Virus record (IMG/VR): IMGVR_UViG_3300025141_011222
Coordinates: 1-25,195 of that record
Reading direction: 5' to 3' (one strand)
DNA length: 25,195 bases
From: a virus
Taxonomy: Duplodnaviria > Caudoviricetes
How positions within the stretch are numbered: the stretch's first letter is position 1; every line of letters begins with the position of its first letter. The position numbers were made by a program, and so were the translations under genes. The notes under the pieces were generated by a model that made no database searches, was not told where the DNA came from, and saw only the letters and a program-made list of their open reading frames with translations. Positions 18,434 to 25,195 of the stretch are shown piece after piece.

Positions 18434-19251
18434 TGTAATAAACCATGTGATTTCATCGCATGAACCATTCTTGTTACACCAATCCCACCACCAAATCTTT
18501 CAAACATATCAAGTGATAAATATTCTTCTAATTCATCTTCAACTCTTTTCTTACCAAAGTGATTAAATAAGAGATTAGCATATTCACCATCTGAAATTGT
18601 ATGGAATTGTTCTCTCATTTCATGAGTGTCACTAGACCTTTCAGCGCTACCAATTGTTTCCATTCCGTGCATTATAATATCAACCTTATTATATATTCCA
18701 CCACCAGCGTGTCTCATATTCCAGAATGGATGTGTTCGTAATGGAAAATGTGTTAAGAATGTACAAGGTGTAAAATCCTTACATAGAGCTTCTTCTTCAG
18801 CATAATCTAATTCACTTACACCATATTTATCTGACGCTTCATCATATTTTATTTCTTTAAATGTATCACCAAATCCTAAATGTTCTAACAATTCCTTTTC
18901 TAACTTAATCATATCATCAATATCACCATGTGACTCAAACTCAAACATTGGAAATATCTTGTCGTGTCTACCTTCAACAGGATTAGGTTCATTACGATAA
19001 CTTGTTGTGATACAAAACACACCATCAACTGTTGGATTATCTAATAAATCCCTTTCCAACCACATCTGCCCAGTCTGTGGTAAAGGCCAGTTAATACCAC
19101 TAAAAATATATTGTGATATAGTAGCTGGATCTTCACAAGCTGCTAATATTGATTGCCTTGACTGTGCTGGAACTTCAGTAAATCCCTTTTTATCTTGAAA
19201 AAATTGTCTCATCTTTTTTACTGCTTTATTGTAATCATACATATTTTTCAT
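18430..19251 (-). CDS. Class IIb aaRS (Asn/Asp) catalytic-core paralogue without anticodon domain; putative ammonia-dependent asparagine synthetase
   Basis: Motif 1 RQFF..KGFTEV, LPQTGQMWLE, motif 2 SYRNE..RH..FPMFEFE, ETIGSAER, motif 3 GGGIGVTR; only 273 aa. Confidence 0.75.
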   Translation of the reverse strand: MKNMYDYNKAVKKMRQFFQDKKGFTEVPAQSRQSILAACEDPATISQYIFSGINWPLPQTGQMWLERDLLDNPTVDGVFCITTSYRNEPNPVEGRHDKIFPMFEFESHGDIDDMIKLEKELLEHLGFGDTFKEIKYDEASDKYGVSELDYAEEEALCKDFTPCTFLTHFPLRTHPFWNMRHAGGGIYNKVDIIMHGMETIGSAERSSDTHEMREQFHTISDGEYANLLFNHFGKKRVEDELEEYLSLDMFERFGGGIGVTRMVHAMKSHGLLQ

Positions 19252-19254
19252 ATT

Positions 19255-20256
19255 TTATTCTCCACATATTGTTTCTATTAATTTATGACAAACCCTATAA
19301 GGGTCACAATTAGCTGATGGTCTTCGGTCTTCTAAATAACCATTACCATCTTTACTTACTTGCCAAGGTACTCTAATTGAAGCACCTCTATCTGACACGC
19401 CCCATCTAAACTCTGTAATAGGACAAGTTTCGTGTAAACCTGTTAATCTCTTTTCATTACCATAACCATAAACTTTTATATGTTCATCATGTTTATATTC
19501 TAAATTTTTAATGGCTTCATGGATAACCATATCACCACCATCTTCTCTCATTGCTTTTGTAGAAAAGTTTGTATGAGCACCAGCTCCATTCCAATCTCCA
19601 GCAACAGGTTTTGGATTTAATGAAACTGTTAACCCATATCTTGCAGTAATCTTTTCTAATAACCAACGAGCAACCCACAAGTCATCTGACATTATAAGAG
19701 TATCTCCAGCACCAATTTGATATTCCCATTGACCAAGCATCACTTCAGAATTGATTCCTACAATATGAATATCAGCTTTAATACAAGCATCCATATGTTC
19801 ACGAGCTATATTTTCACCAATATTTCTACCACAATAATAATCGCCTTGTGGTGCAGGTTCACCATCTTCCCAACCTAAAGGATTGCCATTTTTATACAAA
19901 GTATATTCTTGTTCAAATCCTACCCAAGCATCATCATCCCTATGTTCTGATGATAACTCTTCTAATACAAAACGATGATTTGTTTCATGTGGTGTGTCAT
20001 CTGTATTCCAAACTTCACATAAAACTAAATAAGAATATAGATTTTCTAATGGACTTTCATATAGTTTAACGGGTTTTAAAACACAATCAGAATTATCACC
20101 AGGTGCTTGATTAGTTGATGAACCATCAAAACCCCAAATTGGACAACCAGATGGACCTGATACACTCCTATCAAATTCTTTTACAATTTTTGTTTTACTA
20201 CGCAACTGAGCCGTTGGTTCAGTACCATCTATCCATATGTATTCTAATTTAATCAT
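19255..20256 (-). CDS. glnII: Glutamine synthetase type II
   Basis: EYIWIDG, LRSKT, WGFDGSST.QA, FEQEY, YYCG, EVMLGQWEYQ, DWNGAGAHTNFST, RLTGLHET, RGASIRVP, YLEDRRP; 333 aa. Confidence 0.95.
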   Translation of the reverse strand: MIKLEYIWIDGTEPTAQLRSKTKIVKEFDRSVSGPSGCPIWGFDGSSTNQAPGDNSDCVLKPVKLYESPLENLYSYLVLCEVWNTDDTPHETNHRFVLEELSSEHRDDDAWVGFEQEYTLYKNGNPLGWEDGEPAPQGDYYCGRNIGENIAREHMDACIKADIHIVGINSEVMLGQWEYQIGAGDTLIMSDDLWVARWLLEKITARYGLTVSLNPKPVAGDWNGAGAHTNFSTKAMREDGGDMVIHEAIKNLEYKHDEHIKVYGYGNEKRLTGLHETCPITEFRWGVSDRGASIRVPWQVSKDGNGYLEDRRPSANCDPYRVCHKLIETICGE

Positions 20257-21380
20257 TTTGTTTCTCCTATGTTCAACTCTTGAAGTCTTCTCTCAACTTC
20301 TAATTGTGGAAAATTATCTTTCAACCAGATGACTGCTGAATTAAAGTCAAGTCCTAATATCCAATTTATAAAAACAATTACATCTAATACATTCAACATT
20401 CCATCTTCATTACAATTTGATGCTATATATTCTTCTTCTGTTGGATTTGATAAATTGAGAATAAAGTTAATCATAACAACAACATCCATTATATTTAACT
20501 CTCCATCAAAATTGGTATCACCTAAAACTACATCAATAGGTGGTTCAGGTTCTCCAATATAACCAAAAAACCAAGGTAACTGTGTATAAATTCTTGAATA
20601 TACACCAGGATAATTAGCTTCGGCACATCCGTATCCCCAACTGACAATGCCTATCAATTCATATTCACCATCAGAATTAGTCATGATAAGTGGACCACCT
20701 GAATCACCTTGGCAACTGTCTTCACCACCATTACCATCACCAGCACAAACCATATTATCAGTAATATCACTATTAGAATAATTTCCACAACCATCATCAA
20801 TTGGTACATCTACTTCAAGTAACACATTAGACGAAGGGCCTCCGCTATATATTGCTCCCCAACCCATAGTTGTTGACATTACAGGTTCTTCGTCGTGTGA
20901 ATCATCTGTAACTAATTGTATTGATTCAAACTCTGCAACTGGTTGTGATAAATGAACAAGAGCATAATCATTGTTCAATGACCCACCATTGTAATTTGGA
21001 TGAACAATTATCTGATCTGGATATCTTATTACTGCCCCTGTTGTTCCATTTACATTATGTAATCCAACTCTAACTCTAAACGAATTAGTATTCTCTCCTG
21101 ACATACAATGAGCTGCTGTCACAACCCAATCTTCTCTAACTAATGAACCACCACAAAAATGCCATCCACTGTTAGTTTGAACTGATACCATAAATGGATA
21201 CTTACAATCAGGACACGCTGGGTCTACTTCTGTTCCACCTACAATCCTTGGCCATGGTAAGTCACCTGGAATTGTTGTTTGTTGTTCCATAGACCTTGTA
21301 AACAACTCATCTTGTGGTTGAGTTATATCTTGATTACAACCAAATAATACTAATAACATCATTAAAAATAATTTTTTCAT
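20253..21380 (-). CDS. Lipoprotein trypsin-like S1A serine protease with a C-terminal dockerin-like domain
   Basis: Lipobox MKKLFLMMLLVLFG-C, activation site R-IVGG, triad TAAHC / DYAL / GDSGGP, S1 Asp in DSCQG. Tandem GDTNFDGELNIMDVV and NCNEDGMLNVLDVI repeats. Confidence 0.9.
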   Translation of the reverse strand: MKKLFLMMLLVLFGCNQDITQPQDELFTRSMEQQTTIPGDLPWPRIVGGTEVDPACPDCKYPFMVSVQTNSGWHFCGGSLVREDWVVTAAHCMSGENTNSFRVRVGLHNVNGTTGAVIRYPDQIIVHPNYNGGSLNNDYALVHLSQPVAEFESIQLVTDDSHDEEPVMSTTMGWGAIYSGGPSSNVLLEVDVPIDDGCGNYSNSDITDNMVCAGDGNGGEDSCQGDSGGPLIMTNSDGEYELIGIVSWGYGCAEANYPGVYSRIYTQLPWFFGYIGEPEPPIDVVLGDTNFDGELNIMDVVVMINFILNLSNPTEEEYIASNCNEDGMLNVLDVIVFINWILGLDFNSAVIWLKDNFPQLEVERRLQELNIGETK

Positions 21381-21381
21381 T

Positions 21382-23394
21382 TTAGTTCTCCACTAATTCT
21401 TCATTTGTTTCTATGAAATCAATTTCACAAGTGTCATTGTTACAAAACTTGTCTACAATTGCTTCATTACCTTTTACTTGTCTAAATGATAAGAATTTTA
21501 ATTTACTAACCATCTTATCATATTCTTCTTTTGTTATTTCTTCATAAGGCATTTGTCTGTATGCCCCCTGTTCAAATTTAGGTAATAACGATATACCCTT
21601 TAATTGGTATTGAAAATAATTGAGAGCATATGAAATTTGATTACCTTCAGTCTTTGGATCAAATGTAACTGTACAACTGACTTGATTATCTGCCCAATAC
21701 TTTTGCATAAAGGCAGCTAATGACATCTGTTCCCACATTGGAACTTCATTAATTGTTCTGACACCTTCACCAACATCAACAGGAACTTCTACAACCACAG
21801 TAGTATTTTTACTACCAAATGCGGGTTCTATATGATAACCAGCCTTTTCCAATGGTTTAATCAATGTTGAATTAATTGATAATCTGATTCTTCTAATATA
21901 AAATCGTGATTCAGGATAATGTAATCCTGGTGTAGCTCCTGCTAACAAACTTACAGTTCCTGATGGTTTTACACTTGTGGTTTTAATACTACGAGGAACA
22001 GCTAACCAATCCGAATATAACTTATCATAATCTTGTATAGAATCATATCCACGCTTTAACCAACATTTTAATTTATGTAATCCTCTATCTGTAATGAATT
22101 GAGCTATTCCACTCACAGAACAACCTATCCGTCTATTTCTTAACATAACTCTATTAGTTTCAGACCAATGTGTTTTTCCTAATGTAACTGTTTTAGCATA
22201 TAAATAAGCATATTTTAATGTCTTAATATAATCTTCTAAATCTTCATGGTTATTTGGAAATGTTTCTACAAGACAACATAATTCATATGATTCCAATGAT
22301 TGTTCAAGACAAGGATTTCCACCAGCAACTCTATGATCTTTCTTATCTCTACCATTTCTCATACGAGAATAATCTTGCATATTTTCTAACCAAGCAAATC
22401 CTGGTTCACCATTATCATTGATTCGTTCTGCTGCTTGTGTATAATCCATACCAAGTTCGGCAAAGATTGAATTATTTGATGTCCAACCATATGATTCTCT
22501 ATGTGGATTCTTTTTATAATTCTTTAAATTAATATACTCATCAGATGTTGAATCACCAAATACAATTTCTGCTGTTCTTCTGACATTACCAGCAACTACA
22601 CACTTTCCAATCAAATTCATAATATCTACAATTGTCGTTATCGATATTGGTTCACCTATATTTTTATCCAAAACATCTCTAATCAATTTCAAAACTTCTT
22701 TAAGTGGTTCATGTCCACTTGACACTCCACCAAAACCTTTGATTGGTTCACCGGCTGCTCGTATCTTTGAATAATCAAAATCAACTGGTGATACTCCAAG
22801 AAAATAACTATCCAATAATCTCCTTAATGCTTCAACCCAACCTTCACGAGTATCTGGTATAACATACAATTCAGTATCTCTATCTGATTTTGGCCCTCTT
22901 ATTATAAATGAATCAGCACCTTTTGTATCAAACCCAACACCAACCCCAACCATGCTCGCATCCATTAAAAATGTAAATGGTTTAGCCAAATCTTCTTTGA
23001 GATTTACTGTTGATACAAACGCACAATTGTTGAGGGCGGCATATAATCCTTTTTCTTCTGTGATTGATGTTCCCATCGCCCACAGACCGCGTCCAGGAGG
23101 CAAGAATTTCATATTAAAAATTCGGTCATACATCTCCTGTGCTGACCTCTGTGATTGCCACGCATTCCACCCTAAATCATATCTCTCAATGTGGTGTTTC
23201 TGCATATTGTAAGTTCCTTCTACAACACGACGAACTGTCTCCCACCACATCTCATTCTTCCCATCCTCTTTAATACGAGAATAAGTTCTCATATAAACAA
23301 GTTCACCCAATCCATTAAATCCAAATGGTGATCTCTTTCTCTTATATTGATCTATGAAATTGTCTGATAAACTAAATTTTTTAAACTCTAACAT
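21382..23394 (-). CDS. nrdJ: Class II (adenosylcobalamin-dependent) monomeric ribonucleotide reductase
   Basis: RTYSR, PPGRGLW, LNNC, GNVRR, NPCLE..ELCCLVE, TSVKPSGT, C-terminal CNNDTC. Start moved to MLEFKK (23394), which follows AGGAG at 23403-23407. Confidence 0.93.
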   Translation of the reverse strand: MLEFKKFSLSDNFIDQYKRKRSPFGFNGLGELVYMRTYSRIKEDGKNEMWWETVRRVVEGTYNMQKHHIERYDLGWNAWQSQRSAQEMYDRIFNMKFLPPGRGLWAMGTSITEEKGLYAALNNCAFVSTVNLKEDLAKPFTFLMDASMVGVGVGFDTKGADSFIIRGPKSDRDTELYVIPDTREGWVEALRRLLDSYFLGVSPVDFDYSKIRAAGEPIKGFGGVSSGHEPLKEVLKLIRDVLDKNIGEPISITTIVDIMNLIGKCVVAGNVRRTAEIVFGDSTSDEYINLKNYKKNPHRESYGWTSNNSIFAELGMDYTQAAERINDNGEPGFAWLENMQDYSRMRNGRDKKDHRVAGGNPCLEQSLESYELCCLVETFPNNHEDLEDYIKTLKYAYLYAKTVTLGKTHWSETNRVMLRNRRIGCSVSGIAQFITDRGLHKLKCWLKRGYDSIQDYDKLYSDWLAVPRSIKTTSVKPSGTVSLLAGATPGLHYPESRFYIRRIRLSINSTLIKPLEKAGYHIEPAFGSKNTTVVVEVPVDVGEGVRTINEVPMWEQMSLAAFMQKYWADNQVSCTVTFDPKTEGNQISYALNYFQYQLKGISLLPKFEQGAYRQMPYEEITKEEYDKMVSKLKFLSFRQVKGNEAIVDKFCNNDTCEIDFIETNEELVEN

Positions 23395-23422
23395 TTTTAT
23401 AACTCCTACTATTACGAACATC

Positions 23423-23430
23423 TATAAATA
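23423..23430 (-). promoter_or_regulatory. TATTTATA motif upstream of nrdJ, putative phage promoter
   Basis: Intergenic 8-mer 28 nt before the nrdJ ATG; same motif at 8569-8576. Confidence 0.35.
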
Positions 23431-24060
23431 TCATTTCATCAACTTCTTCTTTATTTTTTTATTTAAATAATAAACATAAATGTTCTTTGGTTTTGTATCA
23501 ACATAATACATATCATCTTCAGATGAATCCCACCAACCATGACCTTCTTTGTTTTCCCATCTTCTTTTTAATTCTCTACCATATGGTTTTATTTTTTGAT
23601 TCATGGAACGAGCATGATATTTTTTACCATCAACCATTAAAATTCTACCACCACCACTTTGTCCTAAATGATGAAAATTAGAAGCTTTGTATATAACACC
23701 TTCGTGTCCTTGTTCTAAATCAGCATAAGATAAAATAACTTCTATATCCGTATTTTTCTTTATCCACCTCAATGTCTTTCCAATAAAATAACTTTCCGTA
23801 TTTGTAGGTGTATCATCTATACAACATAATCTTCGTAATTCCCAACATCTTAAAGGATTATCAGGATTATATTTTGCAGCTGTAGATTTCATGGATGGTA
23901 ACGCATATATCATAGCACCAATCATTCTCATATCATCAAACAAAGCAAAACATTGTGTTTGTTGAATACCGTTTGTATCATGTGAATAGTGCCATTTATG
24001 TATGAAAGATTGTATTACCTTTCTTTCAACTGGTTCTACTATGAAATCAGTTACTTTCAA
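23431..24060 (-). CDS. Mom-like GNAT-fold DNA modification protein, copy 2 (TTG start)
   Basis: WHYSH, GAMIY..P, WELRRLCC, TESYFIG, ILSYAD..HEGVIYKASNF. Confidence 0.8.
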   Translation of the reverse strand: MKVTDFIVEPVERKVIQSFIHKWHYSHDTNGIQQTQCFALFDDMRMIGAMIYALPSMKSTAAKYNPDNPLRCWELRRLCCIDDTPTNTESYFIGKTLRWIKKNTDIEVILSYADLEQGHEGVIYKASNFHHLGQSGGGRILMVDGKKYHARSMNQKIKPYGRELKRRWENKEGHGWWDSSEDDMYYVDTKPKNIYVYYLNKKIKKKLMK

Positions 24061-24151
24061 TATACTCTACATCATGTGAAGATACCCAATAATTTTCTGA
24101 TACTTCTATAATTATAGGATATTCTAATTTATCAATATCTACACTAATCAT
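24047..24151 (-). CDS. Very small hypothetical protein (34 aa, not in ORF track)
   Basis: Hand translation MISVDIDKLEYPIIIEVSENYWVSSHDVEYIESN. ATGA overlap with the upstream stop; fills the gap. Confidence 0.4.
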   Translation of the reverse strand: MISVDIDKLEYPIIIEVSENYWVSSHDVEYIESN

Positions 24152-24381
24152 TTTTTCTTCCTTGTTTTCTTTGGAGCTTTACCACCAACCCAAGCTTCAT
24201 TAACATCTTTAGTAAATTTATCATCTGCTAAATATCTACCTTTTTTGCCTCTTGCTCGTTTTGGTTTTTCTTCTACCTTAGTTTCACTTAAAGAAAATAT
24301 AGTGTTAAGAATAGCATCTGCAGATTCTTTTATTAATTGCCTACAAGTTTCACCTAAAGTCATTTCTTTTTTTTCTTTCAT
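24148..24381 (-). CDS. Small basic hypothetical phage protein
   Basis: RARGKKGRYLADD....VNEAW motif, Lys-rich tail, GAGG RBS. Confidence 0.6.
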   Translation of the reverse strand: MKEKKEMTLGETCRQLIKESADAILNTIFSLSETKVEEKPKRARGKKGRYLADDKFTKDVNEAWVGGKAPKKTRKKK

Positions 24382-24406
24382 AATTTACCTCTATTATTTT
24401 TTCTAT

Positions 24407-24886
24407 TTAAGATGTAATATCTTCATCACTCTTCATTAAATCATCATATTTACTTGCTAACATCTTTTTCATTAAATTATCTCTATTATCAATCTTATTC
24501 TGTGTCTCTTTACCACCTACACTTGTAGATTCATATATCTCAACAGCACCTGTGTTTGTGTTTATCTTCGCTGGAAATGTTATACCATCAGGTCCAAATC
24601 TGTTTTTAATAATATGAAATCTACCAGTATTACCAATCTTATCTTCTACTTTCCTACTTAATGAAACTACAAAATCTGCTGTCATAATCTTTTGATATGA
24701 CTCCGCTATCTTTTGTGCTTCGATTATATCTTCATCAAGTGCTGAATTGTGTGAATATACACCATTAGCAAAAAACATATGCGTATCCTCAACTGTAATA
24801 TCAACAGTATCTTCTTCACCAACTAATTCAATTGAAACAATTTCATCCATTACAAAATCTTCTGGATTTAAGTTATGCATTTTCAT
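24407..24886 (-). CDS. C-terminal half of a split gp41/DnaB-type helicase: IntC (aa 1-47) fused to the C-extein
   Basis: Intein blocks F/G DITVEDTHMFFANGVYSHN followed by +1 Ser, then helicase motifs IAES...ADFVVSL..IIKNRFGPDG. Own Met with AAGGA RBS. Confidence 0.9.
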   Translation of the reverse strand: MKMHNLNPEDFVMDEIVSIELVGEEDTVDITVEDTHMFFANGVYSHNSALDEDIIEAQKIAESYQKIMTADFVVSLSRKVEDKIGNTGRFHIIKNRFGPDGITFPAKINTNTGAVEIYESTSVGGKETQNKIDNRDNLMKKMLASKYDDLMKSDEDITS

Positions 24887-25070
24887 TTATAAATTCCTTA
24901 CATTTTTTGATTACATTATTCGTATCAGTTTTATATTCAATATCATTTATTCGTAAAATTTTATATCCCTTACTTTCCAAAATAATATCTCTCTGACCAT
25001 CAAGATTTTCATCGTGCCAATATTCACAATCAAATTCAATTATAGAATTTCCACACTTAAAATCTGGCAT
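24873..25070 (-). CDS. Vsr/DUF559-like endonuclease, short and probably a truncated homing endonuclease
   Basis: PDF....IIEFDCEYWH...D..RD..L...GYKILRI; only 65 aa. Confidence 0.75.
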   Translation of the reverse strand: MPDFKCGNSIIEFDCEYWHDENLDGQRDIILESKGYKILRINDIEYKTDTNNVIKKCKEFINENA

Positions 25071-25072
25071 TA

Positions 25073-25195
25073 TTATTTCTTTGTAAATAATTTATCACCA
25101 ACTTTTAATCCCGTAGATACTGATTTTAATTTCCCATACATAATCGGTAAATCGTGGTCGGCTGAAATGGTTATCTCTTTTCCTGATTTTAATTT
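25073..25195 (-). CDS. 3' end of the presumed helicase-N/IntN gene (partial, not in ORF track)
   Basis: Hand translation ...KLKSGKEITISADHDLPIMYGKLKSVSTGLKVGDKLFTKK*, with intein block B (SxxH) and LKVGD. The helicase N-extein lies outside the window. Confidence 0.85.
   Translation of the reverse strand, partial: KLKSGKEITISADHDLPIMYGKLKSVSTGLKVGDKLFTKK

Larger units (their letters stand above)
24746..25195 (-). mobile_element. Naturally split intein locus (IntN / endonuclease / IntC) in the helicase gene; extends beyond the window
   Basis: IntN tail ends in TAA TAA, followed by an out-of-frame endonuclease ORF and a separately initiated IntC ending HN/S. Confidence 0.85.

Noticed and set aside
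23030-23105. Locally GC-rich patch inside nrdJ, considered as an RNA element or insertion
   Set aside because: Explained by the conserved LPPGRGLWAMG...YAAL coding sequence; the frame is uninterrupted.
23395-23421. ORF-track N-terminal extension of nrdJ (likewise 3057-3071 and 10241-10261 for other genes)
   Set aside because: Downstream ATGs have a better RBS or stop/start coupling.
118-24956. All plus-strand ORFs in the track (e.g. 118..426, 16558..16917, 22952..23212)
   Set aside because: They are short antisense shadows of convincing minus-strand genes, with no motifs.
24886-25075. A contiguous cis-intein broken by sequencing error or pseudogenisation
   Set aside because: Multiple in-frame stops, IntN ends where known split IntN halves end, and IntC has its own RBS and Met.
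1-25195. Stop-codon reassignment (alternative genetic code)
   Set aside because: TAA, TAG and TGA all end full-length conserved genes, and coding density under code 11 is already very high.
1-25195. Cellular (archaeal or bacterial) or giant-virus origin suggested by RFC, PolB, GSII and CysK
   Set aside because: The gp41/43/44/45/62-like set, Mom-like genes, bacterial SD motifs, a lipoprotein signal and single-strand packing fit a large phage better. No structural gene is in the window, so this is not proven.

Overview
AT-rich, densely packed window whose credible genes all lie on the minus strand, many with overlapping stop/start codons. It looks like the replication, metabolism and glycosylation region of a large T4-like tailed dsDNA phage. 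In transcription order (right to left) it holds: (1) a gp41/DnaB-type helicase gene fractured by a naturally split intein, with an out-of-frame Vsr/DUF559-like endonuclease remnant between the halves; (2) a Mom-like GNAT and a class II ribonucleotide reductase; (3) an amino-acid/nitrogen block with a lipoprotein trypsin carrying a dockerin-like domain, type II glutamine synthetase, an AsnRS-like catalytic-core protein, a SelW/Rdx protein with Trp at the selenocysteine position, thermonuclease and CysK; (4) family B DNA polymerase, sliding clamp and clamp-loader subunits; (5) DUF1599/Nmad1, a second Mom-like protein, a Cas4-like nuclease, a SLOG protein and an RHH-like protein; (6) a glycosyltransferase and amino-sugar cluster. 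I saw no tRNA, rRNA or CRISPR array. All family calls come from motif recognition by eye, not database searches.
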